The position numbers were made by a program, and so were the translations under genes. Positions 47,571-56,676 of a stretch of 64,000 nt of DNA are shown one piece after another (the first letter of the stretch is position 1; each line of letters starts with the position of its first letter). The stretch covers positions 57,417 through 121,416 of the forward strand of contig JBBQJW010000004.1 in assembly GCA_038326325.1 (NCBI GenBank), read 5' to 3'. Origin of the DNA: Chitinophagales bacterium. Its GTDB lineage: Bacteria > Bacteroidota > Bacteroidia > Chitinophagales > UBA10324. Below the pieces are notes generated by a model. The model saw only the letters and a program-made list of their open reading frames with translations. It made no database searches and had not been told where the DNA came from.

Positions 47571-49766
47571 CTATCTGAGAAACAACATCTCTCTATACTT
47601 AGGCAACGACCACAGATCATCGCTAACAACTAACTCTAATTTATCAGCGTGATAGCGAATAGAATCGAAGTATGGTTTTACTTTTTCACAGTAGGCAATC
47701 GCTTTATCACGGGCGTGTTCTATTTCGTTCGCTTTCTTGCGCGCTTCAGTCATGTCATCCACTTCTTTAATTATTTCAGAGATATGTTCTGCGATTTCAT
47801 TCAGTAATTCTTTTTGCGCTTTCAAACTTTTTTCTTTTACTCCCATTGACTCAGCAGTTTGAATGGACTGTGCTAACTGTTGCTGATAGCGCATCGATGA
47901 AGGAACAATATAAGTGAGGGCAACTTCACCAATCATTCTACTTTCTATCTGAACCATCTTCATGTATTTTTCTAATTCAATTTCGTGACGGGCGTGAATT
48001 TCTTTTTCACTGAAAACTTTATTTTCAGTCATTACTTTAATAGCTTTTTCGGTTACATAAAAGTCAAGCGCGTAAGGAGTTGTTTTTACATTGTTAAGTC
48101 CACGCTTTTTCGCTTCTTTTTCCCACTCTTCGCTGTAATTATTTCCTTCGAAACAAATTCTTTTGCTGCTGCTGATGTCTTGCTGTAACACCGATAAGAT
48201 TGCTGAGTCTTTCGATTCGCCCTTCTTAATTAATTCATCAACTCTGATTTTAAATTTCTTTAACTGGTCAGCCACAATTGTGTTAAGAACAATCATGGTA
48301 GAACTGCAATTTGCAGAGGAACCGACTGCTCTTACTTCGAATTTATTTCCTGTAAATGCGAAAGGTGATGTACGATTACGATCAGTATTATCCAACATCA
48401 AATCAGGAATCTTATTATGAATATCGAGTTTCAATAACTGATGATCCTGTTCATCTAAGTTTCCTTTTTTCACTCTCTTCTCTACTTCATTTAAAACTTC
48501 AGTCAAATAACTTCCAATAAATACACTGATGATTGCCGGAGGTGCTTCATTCGCTCCCAAACGAAAATCATTCGCAGCACTTGCAATAGCTGCTCGAATC
48601 AAATCAGCATTTTCTTCAACGGCTTTAATTGTATTTACAAAAAAAGTAAGGAACATGAAATTCGTTTTCGGCGTGCGACCGGGAGCCAATAAATTTTTCC
48701 CTGTATCAGTAGCCATGCTCCAGTTATTGTGCTTACCCGAACCGTTGACTCCAGCGAAAGGTTTTTCGTGTAACAGTACCCGCAGCTTATGTCGGCGGGC
48801 AACTCTGTCCATCAAGTCCATAAGTAATTGATTGTGGTCAATGGCAATATTCACTTCTTCAAAAAACGGCGCGCACTCGAATTGAGATGGAGCGACTTCA
48901 TTGTGTCTTGTCTTTAACGGAATACCAAGTTTGTAACATTCATTTTCGTAATCAACCATATAAGCTTGAACACGCTCTGGAATAGAGCCGAAATAATGAT
49001 CTTCCAATTGTTGTCCCTTTGCAGAACTATGACCAAACAATGTTCGGCCCGAAGCTACCAAATCAGGCCGCGCTTCATACAATGCCTCATCTACTAAAAA
49101 ATATTCCTGTTCCCAGCCAAGAGTGGGTGTAACACGAGTTACATTTTTATCAAAATAATGACAAACTTCAACTGCTGCAGTTTCTAATGCCTGAAGTGAT
49201 TTTAGTAATGGCGCTTTATAATCCAAGGACTCGCCATTATACGAGACAAAAATTGTTGGAATGCAAAGTGTTTTACTATTTCCAGCATCCATTATAAAAG
49301 CAGGACTACTTGGGTCCCATGCGGAATATCCTCGCGCCTCGAATGTCACGCGCAAACCGCCACTCGGAAAACTTGATGCGTCCGGTTCTTGTTGCACCAA
49401 AGCGTTGCCATCAAAAATTTCCAACCCTTTTCCTGTTGTTGTTTGCTGAAAAAAAGCGTCGTGCTTTTCTGCAGTTGCTCCTGTTAAAGGTTGAAACCAG
49501 TGTGTATAATGTGTAACACCCCTACTAATTGCCCAAGCTTTCATGCCACTAGCAACCTGTTCAGCAGTTGCGCGATCAATCTTTGAGCCTGATTTAATGG
49601 CGAGCATTACATTTTCAAAAGCATCTTTTGAAAGGTAGGTTTTCATCACCTCCTCGGTAAAAACATTCATCGCATAGAAATCAGAAATCTTGTTTCCTGG
49701 TGATTCTATTTCAGCAATGTGGTTTTCAGAAACTTTATTAAGGGCTTGGAATCTTGTATTTGACAT
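47571..49766 (-). CDS. glnN: Glutamine synthetase type III
   Basis: A GS of about 730 aa with the GSIII-specific N-terminal domain and catalytic-domain motifs (HNEVAPSQFE, GVNGSGKHNNWS). I prefer the ATG at 49766 (MSNTRFQ...) over the TTG at 49799. Confidence 0.9.
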   Translation of the reverse strand: MSNTRFQALNKVSENHIAEIESPGNKISDFYAMNVFTEEVMKTYLSKDAFENVMLAIKSGSKIDRATAEQVASGMKAWAISRGVTHYTHWFQPLTGATAEKHDAFFQQTTTGKGLEIFDGNALVQQEPDASSFPSGGLRVTFEARGYSAWDPSSPAFIMDAGNSKTLCIPTIFVSYNGESLDYKAPLLKSLQALETAAVEVCHYFDKNVTRVTPTLGWEQEYFLVDEALYEARPDLVASGRTLFGHSSAKGQQLEDHYFGSIPERVQAYMVDYENECYKLGIPLKTRHNEVAPSQFECAPFFEEVNIAIDHNQLLMDLMDRVARRHKLRVLLHEKPFAGVNGSGKHNNWSMATDTGKNLLAPGRTPKTNFMFLTFFVNTIKAVEENADLIRAAIASAANDFRLGANEAPPAIISVFIGSYLTEVLNEVEKRVKKGNLDEQDHQLLKLDIHNKIPDLMLDNTDRNRTSPFAFTGNKFEVRAVGSSANCSSTMIVLNTIVADQLKKFKIRVDELIKKGESKDSAILSVLQQDISSSKRICFEGNNYSEEWEKEAKKRGLNNVKTTPYALDFYVTEKAIKVMTENKVFSEKEIHARHEIELEKYMKMVQIESRMIGEVALTYIVPSSMRYQQQLAQSIQTAESMGVKEKSLKAQKELLNEIAEHISEIIKEVDDMTEARKKANEIEHARDKAIAYCEKVKPYFDSIRYHADKLELVVSDDLWSLPKYREMLFLR

Positions 49767-49942
49767 GCAATTGATTTTATGCAGCAAACTTAATATCAAC
49801 TTTAAATTTTCATAAATATTTTTTGATTATTTTTTATTAAAACAATGTTTTAGCCATAAATCGTAAAATATTTTTTACATATTTTAGTTAAAATGTAAAA
49901 TTATTTCATCATAGTTCAATAATTATTCAAATTAAATTTTAA

Positions 49943-51199
49943 TTAATGTTTAAATACTTTCTTTATCAATCCGGTTGGAATCAAACTAATTACAGCAAGG
50001 GCTAAAAAGAAAGTACCTGAACTTTTATAACGAGATAAGGCTCCCAAGTTGGGTACAATCATTCCTAATAAAATATAAACGGAAATAGTATAGCCGATTG
50101 ATAAGTAAAATAAATGTGGAAACACTTTTCTTTTTATAACTGAATAAATAATCAAAAATATCAGCGAGAAAAAAAGTAACCAGTCTTGAAGTCCAATAAA
50201 TATTTGATAACCATTTTTTGCATTCCAAATAAATGGTTGAAGAAAAGAATGCACAAAAGCATGAGGAATTAATTGCATAAAAGAAATTGCATCTGGATGA
50301 AGTTGAGGTAATGGAATAGAATTTTCGCTTACGGTTAGAGATGCGAAAGCATTTTTCCACCACACAATCTTATCAACAGGTGAAATTCCGCCAACAACAG
50401 AACTGACGAGCAACACAATAAAAAAAAATACAAAAAATGAAATTGAATAATAAATCAGTAGATTTTTTTTCTTATTTCTGAAAATTAAATAGACTGCAAT
50501 CAATGGAATTAGAATAAGCAAAATATAGGAACGAACTATATATAAAAGAATAATTGAGATTAAAACCAGAAATATTTTCGAAAACAAAAATTCCTCATTT
50601 TGTTTTAACGAATAAAACAGCATCCCGATTCCAAGTAATGACAAACCATCTTTATGAATACCGGAAGTCCAGAAAACAACAGAAGGAATAAAAATCAAAG
50701 CAGACAACAATAAAATTGATTTCTCTTTCAGTTCATCTTTGAAAGCACGATAAAGAAAAACGCATCCGGCAAATGAAAGAATATTATAAAACACAACATG
50801 CACATTATAGTAGCATCCTGAAATCAAAGCCACTAAAGCATGGAACCGGATAATTAAATAATAACTTTCATCTCCATAAGGAATGCTATTATGGGTCCAT
50901 CTTTCTATACCTGAATATGATGGATAATGACAGGGCAAAAAAACTAATTTAAAGTAAGTTGTAAATCCGAAATTGGGGAATGTATTATAGACCCTTATTC
51001 CTTGTTTGAAGCTATAAAAAGTATCAGCTCCGCTATAACTTAAACTATGTATGTAGCCATATAATATTCCCACTAAAACTTTGAATAGAAAAATGCCACA
51101 CCACCATTTAATTTTTATGTCTGATGTTTTAAAAAATTTCATTCTGCTCATACAAAAGCAGACAAGAGCAGAATAAAAAAATACGAGTAGCCACTGCAT
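49943..51199 (-). CDS. Polytopic membrane protein of unknown function (10 or more TM helices)
   Basis: Very hydrophobic throughout, and the last gene of the lpx-ABC string. Start taken at the ATG at 51199. Confidence 0.55.
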   Translation of the reverse strand: MQWLLVFFYSALVCFCMSRMKFFKTSDIKIKWWCGIFLFKVLVGILYGYIHSLSYSGADTFYSFKQGIRVYNTFPNFGFTTYFKLVFLPCHYPSYSGIERWTHNSIPYGDESYYLIIRFHALVALISGCYYNVHVVFYNILSFAGCVFLYRAFKDELKEKSILLLSALIFIPSVVFWTSGIHKDGLSLLGIGMLFYSLKQNEEFLFSKIFLVLISIILLYIVRSYILLILIPLIAVYLIFRNKKKNLLIYYSISFFVFFFIVLLVSSVVGGISPVDKIVWWKNAFASLTVSENSIPLPQLHPDAISFMQLIPHAFVHSFLQPFIWNAKNGYQIFIGLQDWLLFFSLIFLIIYSVIKRKVFPHLFYLSIGYTISVYILLGMIVPNLGALSRYKSSGTFFLALAVISLIPTGLIKKVFKH

Positions 51200-51250
51200 G
51201 ATGGTCAAAGATGAAAAAGAAATGAGCTTATCAAAAACGAATTCGATTGA

Positions 51251-51868
51251 TTACTTATAATTGGCGATAAGGATTTTTTCGTCGCAGTTTTCAAATTCCC
51301 TTTCGATGTTTGAAGCAATAATCACAATCCGGTTTTCAGAATATTGCTGCATTAGGTTCTTCCACCACTGCACACCTTGTTCATCTAAATTGGTAGTGGG
51401 TTCATCCAACAATAAAACAGGTGTATCAGATAAAATGGCGAGCATCAATTTTGCCCGCTGTTTCATGCCCGAGGAATAATGTTTGATTTGTCGCAACGAT
51501 GATTTTCCGAATCCACTTAATTCAAGAATGGATGAAAAGGAAAGTTGTTCTTTAAATTTTTTGAAGCCGGAATGAAACTGTAACAGTTCCTGCAAAGTCA
51601 TTTCTTCCGGCAATTCGAGATAAGGAGAAGCAATGGTAATATGCTGATAAAAATTTTCAAGTTCAATATTGTTTTCCTGTTCCTTATAAAATATTTCTCC
51701 TTGAGATGGAATAATATTTCCGGCTATCACCTGTAACAGTGTTGACTTGCCGCTCCCATTATTCCCAAGTATCGCATAAGATTTACCTGATTGAAAAGTG
51801 TAATCGAGATTACGGAATATCCACTCGTAATTAAATCGTTTGCCTGTTGCCTTAAGAGAAATCTTCAT
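51251..51868 (-). CDS. ABC transporter ATP-binding protein
   Basis: Walker A GNNGSGKST, signature YSSGMKQR, and Walker B LLLDEPT. The 5' end overlaps the lpxA 3' end. Confidence 0.85.
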   Translation of the reverse strand: MKISLKATGKRFNYEWIFRNLDYTFQSGKSYAILGNNGSGKSTLLQVIAGNIIPSQGEIFYKEQENNIELENFYQHITIASPYLELPEEMTLQELLQFHSGFKKFKEQLSFSSILELSGFGKSSLRQIKHYSSGMKQRAKLMLAILSDTPVLLLDEPTTNLDEQGVQWWKNLMQQYSENRIVIIASNIEREFENCDEKILIANYK

Positions 51869-52652
51869 GCGCAACAGAATCGTAGCCCTTGATAATTCCT
51901 TTTTCGGAGCCGCGAATAAACTGAATAATTGAATCGCGCTCAGGTGATGATTGAAATTTTTCTTCTAATGCTTCCAATGCGCGCGATACATTATCGTGTT
52001 CAACAAAAATCACTCTGTATATATTGTGTATCTCGTTAATTGATTCCTGAGTATATCCTCTTCTTTTTAAACCAACTGAATTTACACCGGCATAAGAAAG
52101 TGGTTCACGGGCTGCTTTAATAAATGGTGGAACATCTTTTCGCACTAAACTTCCGCCAGTGATAAAAGATTGTGTTCCGATTTTTAAAAACTGCTGAACG
52201 GCAGAAACTCCGCCGATATTTACGAAATCTTCAATGATGATATGTCCGGCGAGATTCACATTGTTGGCAAGAATAACATTGTTGCCAATGATGCAATCAT
52301 GTGCCACATGAGAGTAAGCCATTAGTAAACAATTATTTCCAATTTGTGTTTTGTTGCTCCACTTTGTTCCGCGATTGACTGTTACACATTCACGAATAAT
52401 AGTATTGTCGCCGATTATTGTAATAGTATCTTCTCCTTCAAATTTTAAATCCTGAGGTTCGCCACTGATAACTGCACCGGGAAATATTTTACAATTTTTG
52501 CCAATACGCGCACCATCCATTATCGTTGAATTCGGACCAATCCATGTGCCTTCTTCCACTTCGCAATTTGCTGCAATGGTTGTGAATGGTTCAATGGTTA
52601 CATTGTTTCCAATCTTTGCCTTCGGGTGTATATAAGCGAGGTTCGATATCAT
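51852..52652 (-). CDS. lpxA: Acyl-ACP--UDP-N-acetylglucosamine O-acyltransferase
   Basis: Hexapeptide helix plus C-terminal helical domain (GVNSVGLKRRGYTQESINEIHNIYRVIF). It sits in the conserved lpxD-lpxC/fabZ-lpxA order. Confidence 0.9.
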   Translation of the reverse strand: MISNLAYIHPKAKIGNNVTIEPFTTIAANCEVEEGTWIGPNSTIMDGARIGKNCKIFPGAVISGEPQDLKFEGEDTITIIGDNTIIRECVTVNRGTKWSNKTQIGNNCLLMAYSHVAHDCIIGNNVILANNVNLAGHIIIEDFVNIGGVSAVQQFLKIGTQSFITGGSLVRKDVPPFIKAAREPLSYAGVNSVGLKRRGYTQESINEIHNIYRVIFVEHDNVSRALEALEEKFQSSPERDSIIQFIRGSEKGIIKGYDSVAHEDFS

Positions 52653-52726
52653 TTAGTGGGTTCGCTTTTATTGAATGTTTTTAAAATTTTGCTTTCAGAC
52701 TTTGATAAAATGATTTTGGTTGCACA

Positions 52727-54127
52727 CTACAAAGGTTGCTTGCGAACAATTTGCGCAACAAGGTCTGCCTCAGTTACTATTTTATTTCCGACATAAATTT
52801 TTCCATGCATTTCGCAAATGCCGCGACGGATTGGTGAGAGTAATTCGAGTTTCATAATTAAAGTATCACCCGGAATTACTTTGCTTTTGAATCTTGCATT
52901 ATCAATTTTCAGAAAATAAGTATCCCAGTTTTCAGGATCGTTTACAGTGTTGAGAACAAGTATTCCACCAGTTTGGGCCATTGCTTCAATCTGTAACACT
53001 CCTGGCATTACAGGGTTTCCGGGAAAGTGTCCCTGAAAAAAATATTCGTTGAAGGTGACATTTTTAACCCCGACAACATACTGATCATTGAGTTCAATAA
53101 TTTTGTCAACCAACAGGAATGGATACTTGTGTGGCAATGCGCGTTCAATCTGCCGGATATCATAAACCGGTGGAGTGTTCGGGTCGTAGAAAGGAGCCAT
53201 CTTTCCGTTTTTCATTTCTTTAATCATTGTCTTTATCTTTTTTGCAAAAGCAACATTTGTTGAGTGACCGGGACGCGAACCTGTAATGTGCGCCATCACC
53301 GGAGAACCGATGAGCGCAAGGTCGCCAACCACATCTAACAATTTATGCCTTGCAGGTTCATTATCGTATCGAAGTTCAGTATTGTTTAAGTAACCTTCGC
53401 TGTTCACCTTCACATCATCGCGGTCGAAGAGTTTATTCAGTTTGGCAAGTGTATCAGCATCGGGTTTTTTCTCTACCACTACAATTGCATTATCCAGATC
53501 GCCACCCTTTATGAGATTGTTTTTTACAAGCCCTTCAATTTCGTGAAGAAAGCAAAAAGTTCTTGCACCACCAATTTCAGTATTAAATTCTGAAATATTT
53601 TTCATCGAAGCGTGTTGCCTTCCCAACACATTCGAATCGTAATCAATCATCACACTTACTTCGTAATCATCGGCGGGTGTGGCTTTCATCTCTACATTTT
53701 TTTCTTTATCAAAATGAGAAATGTTTGCCGGTAATTTTATGTAGTTGCGAATAGCATCCTGTTCTACAATCCTTGAAGAGAATAATGCTTCGATGAACGC
53801 AGAAGAGCTTCCATCCATAATTGGAATTTCAGGTCCTGAAACTTCCATTAAAATATTATCGAGCTGCGCACCCACAAGCGCTGCGAGAACATGTTCGATG
53901 GTGTGAACTTTTACTCCATTTCGGGCGATAGTTGTTCCACGCGAAGTATCCACAACAAAATCAACATCAGCTTTAATAGTATTATCGCCAGGAAGATCTG
54001 TGCGCTGAAAAATAAATCCTGTATTGGGTGCAGCGGGTTTAAAAGTGATGGTTGCAGGCACACCTGTATGCAATCCTTTTCCGGAAAGTGTAACGGATTT
54101 ACTTATGGTGCGTTGCTTTACAATCAT
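52727..54127 (-). CDS. lpxC/fabZ: Bifunctional UDP-3-O-acyl-GlcNAc deacetylase / 3-hydroxyacyl-ACP dehydratase
   Basis: The N-terminal LpxC region contains TIEHVLAAL and HSTN. The C-terminal FabZ hot-dog region contains LPHKYPFLLVD and FFQGHFPGNPVMPGVL. This fusion is typical of Bacteroidota. Confidence 0.9.
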   Translation of the reverse strand: MIVKQRTISKSVTLSGKGLHTGVPATITFKPAAPNTGFIFQRTDLPGDNTIKADVDFVVDTSRGTTIARNGVKVHTIEHVLAALVGAQLDNILMEVSGPEIPIMDGSSSAFIEALFSSRIVEQDAIRNYIKLPANISHFDKEKNVEMKATPADDYEVSVMIDYDSNVLGRQHASMKNISEFNTEIGGARTFCFLHEIEGLVKNNLIKGGDLDNAIVVVEKKPDADTLAKLNKLFDRDDVKVNSEGYLNNTELRYDNEPARHKLLDVVGDLALIGSPVMAHITGSRPGHSTNVAFAKKIKTMIKEMKNGKMAPFYDPNTPPVYDIRQIERALPHKYPFLLVDKIIELNDQYVVGVKNVTFNEYFFQGHFPGNPVMPGVLQIEAMAQTGGILVLNTVNDPENWDTYFLKIDNARFKSKVIPGDTLIMKLELLSPIRRGICEMHGKIYVGNKIVTEADLVAQIVRKQPL

Positions 54128-54129
54128 TC

Positions 54130-55176
54130 CTATTTGGTGCTGTTCTGTTTTAAAATTTCCAATTCTTTTTCGAGCTGGTCTAATTTTAAACGCAGCGAAG
54201 GTAAGTGACGAAACACAACTTGTGACCTTAATGATTCAGTATAGTCAAACGCGGGAGAACCGGTAAATGCTTTGCCGGGAACTTCAATACTTTTTGAAAC
54301 TCCACTTTGGGCGTTTATTCGAGTGCGATCGGCGATTGTAATGTGACCTACAAAACCAACTTGTCCGCCAATCATGCAATTTTTTCCAATCTTGGTGGAA
54401 CCCGATACGCCTGTTTGCGCGGCTATTACAGTGTTCTCGCCAATCTCAACATTGTGTGCGATCTGAACGAGATTATCGAGCTTCACTCCGCAGCGAATAA
54501 TTGTACTTCCTAAAGTTGCTCGGTCAATTGTTGAGTTTGCTCCAATTTCCACATCATCTTCAATTATCACATTTCCGAGTTGCGGAATTTTCATGTACGA
54601 ACCATCAGTCAATGGCGCATGACCAAAACCATCGGAACCAATCACCACACCCGAATGAATGACGCAATCGTTTCCAATTTTTGTTTCAGCGTAAATTTTC
54701 ACTCCAGAATAAATAATCGTTCGCGATTTTATTTCACATCGGTCGCCGATAGTCGTGTTTGGAAAAATTTTCACTCCATCGTGTATCACTGTTTCCTCGC
54801 CGATGTAAGCGAAGGCACCAATATATACATCCTTACCAATTTTAGCTGATAAAGAAATAAAACTCGGTTGCTCCATTCCTGTTTTATCAGTGAGAGCAGT
54901 ACTGAATTTTTGCATCACAAAAGCGAAAGCTGCGTAAGGTTCCTCTACCCGAATGATTGCCTGTAAATTTTTATTTTCAATCTTAACTGAATCACCAACC
55001 AATAATGCTGATGCTTTTGTAGTGGATACCTGCTCCGTATATTTCGGATTGGCGATGAATGTAACAGCGCCAACCTGCGCATCTTCAATACGAGCAGGAT
55101 GAGTAATTATAGTTTCAGGATTTCCTTCGAGGCGACCGTTGAGCAAACGGCATATTTCCCCGGCTGTAAAATTCAT
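54130..55176 (-). CDS. lpxD: UDP-3-O-(3-hydroxyacyl)glucosamine N-acyltransferase
   Basis: N-terminal uridine-binding domain, a long hexapeptide helix, and a C-terminal coiled helix. Position upstream of lpxC/fabZ. Confidence 0.9.
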   Translation of the reverse strand: MNFTAGEICRLLNGRLEGNPETIITHPARIEDAQVGAVTFIANPKYTEQVSTTKASALLVGDSVKIENKNLQAIIRVEEPYAAFAFVMQKFSTALTDKTGMEQPSFISLSAKIGKDVYIGAFAYIGEETVIHDGVKIFPNTTIGDRCEIKSRTIIYSGVKIYAETKIGNDCVIHSGVVIGSDGFGHAPLTDGSYMKIPQLGNVIIEDDVEIGANSTIDRATLGSTIIRCGVKLDNLVQIAHNVEIGENTVIAAQTGVSGSTKIGKNCMIGGQVGFVGHITIADRTRINAQSGVSKSIEVPGKAFTGSPAFDYTESLRSQVVFRHLPSLRLKLDQLEKELEILKQNSTK

Positions 55177-55332
55177 GGCGCTAAAATAATTTTTTATAGG
55201 GAATATCTGATATTCAAATCCTCTTCGAGAGAAGTGAAGGGATAAAAAAATTATATGGGGGTTTGTTTTTTTGAAAAAATCATCGCGCTTCCCTTTAGAC
55301 TTGCTACATGATTTTTTTATTGAGTTAGCGGT

Positions 55333-55398
55333 GTCATTCTAAGTTTATCGAAGAAACAACAAAAGAGATTTCCGTTGCAATCGATAACCCGAAGCAAC
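55333..55398. repeat. REP-like hairpin modules related to 44482-44557
   Basis: GTCATTCTAAGTTTATCGAAGAA (compare GTCATGCTGAGCTTGTCGAAGCA) and CGTTGCAATCGATAACCCGAAGCAAC (GTTGC/GCAAC stem). Confidence 0.5.
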
Positions 55399-55465
55399 AC
55401 TATTTCCTTTGCGTATTTTCATTTTAATATTGTAGACCTCTTGCATAAATCAAGGGAGTTCAAAA

Positions 55466-55666
55466 TTATAAATGCCTACAATGAGATTTGCGCGCAGCTT
55501 CGCTGATGCCATAATCTCCACTGAAATGGAACATCTTTCGATACTCCCGAAGATACATCAGTGTCATTAGTAGCTGGTCTTCTATATACAGTTTAGGTGG
55601 TCTTCGTCGGAGGGATGTTTGCGCATATCTTGATGATGAGCTTTTACAGCTTTGACCATCTCGCAA
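55466..55666 (-). pseudogene. N-terminal stub of an IS5-like/DDE_Tnp_4-type transposase (HTH region only)
   Basis: RRRPPKLYIEDQLLMTLMYLREYRKMFHFSGDYGISEAA matches the HTH_Tnp_4 N-terminus of DDE_Tnp_4-type transposases as I remember them. No DDE domain follows. Confidence 0.6.
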
Positions 55667-55904
55667 ATGTTTTTCGCTTTATTGCTGTCCTGCGTTTAAA
55701 CAGTTCAGGTTTTATTTCTTTGAGTTACTTCCCAATACATACCGCAACTTTATTGCTGTTACACTTCTCTTTCAAATTTTGTTTTCCTTTATCTTTCAAC
55801 CATTTGTATGCTTATTTATGCAAAAGGTCTATTGCAGTTGCAATTACTCTTGCCGCTGGGTCTTTACTTTTTTATTTTAAAAAGAGTGGAATTACTAATT
55901 AACT

Positions 55905-56128
55905 AAATTTTTTTCTCAGTACACCGCGGCTTGCATCCGGGTAGTACGAAATATTTCAACATACAGTCCGCCTTGTGCAATCAATAACCTAAATTACAGT
56001 TGAGACCGTCATTTCCTTTTGTAAACCCATCTACGCTACAAGAATCTTGCAAATGCCTTGCTCTTCGTCAGCAACTGCACATGCATTTCCAAACCAATAA
56101 CCGCTTCGTATTTATCCTAGTGACTCAT
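55905..56128 (-). pseudogene. gatB: 5' fragment of gatB (aspartyl/glutamyl-tRNA amidotransferase subunit B) with in-frame stop and decay
   Basis: The reverse frame reads MSH*DKYEAVIGLEMHVQLLTKSKAFARFL*. The DKYEAVIGLE.HVQLLTKSK.F string is the conserved GatB N-terminus. There is a TAG at codon 4 (56119..56117) and a second stop at 56038..56036. The frame is lost further downstream, with only faint LPG...EKK similarity. Confidence 0.55.
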
Positions 56129-56139
56129 TAATATTTATT

Positions 56140-56664
56140 TTATTTTTTCTTACCACCAATTTTAAAACCAATTGGTTTTCTTGGTTTTGGTTTTTCAATT
56201 TGAGGTTTTGAAGTAAGGTATTCAATTATCTCGTTAATGTTTTCAATCTTCTTATTGAATTTAGATTCGAGTTCGTCAATTCTCTTATTCAGCAATGCAA
56301 AATCATTATTGTATTGCTTTAGGAGAATGAAAGCGCGAACAATAGAAATATTTACATTGATTGCAGTGTCGCTGCGCAGTGCACTTGAGAGCATTGTAAT
56401 GCCATGTTCAGTAAATGCGTAAGGTAATTTTTGTGTGCCTCCACGCTTTTCCGTTTTTGATGTCACAATTTGTGACATCAAAACTTTGAACTCTTCGGGA
56501 TTGAGTTGAAACATAAAACCAAATGGGAATCGCTTAATATTTCTTTTAACCGCCTGAACAAGCACTCTTGTCTGTACTCCATACATTTCTGCCAAATGAA
56601 AATCAAGCATAACTTTCTGTCCACGAATAATAAAAATCTTCTTTTGAATAATTACAAGTTCCAT
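56140..56664 (-). CDS. ORF6N domain-containing (KilA-N-related) DNA-binding protein
   Basis: IRGQKVMLDFHLAEMYGVQTRVLVQAVKRNIKRFPFGFMFQL and LPYAFTEHGITMLSSALRSDTAINVNISIVRAF are hallmark ORF6N motifs. Confidence 0.8.
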   Translation of the reverse strand: MELVIIQKKIFIIRGQKVMLDFHLAEMYGVQTRVLVQAVKRNIKRFPFGFMFQLNPEEFKVLMSQIVTSKTEKRGGTQKLPYAFTEHGITMLSSALRSDTAINVNISIVRAFILLKQYNNDFALLNKRIDELESKFNKKIENINEIIEYLTSKPQIEKPKPRKPIGFKIGGKKK

Positions 56665-56676
56665 TCTTGAAACACT

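Noticed and set aside
55597-55902. 101-aa plus-strand ORF in the lpxD-alaS scar
   Set aside because: It lies antisense to the transposase stub and in decayed DNA, has a low-complexity hydrophobic sequence, and has no start context.
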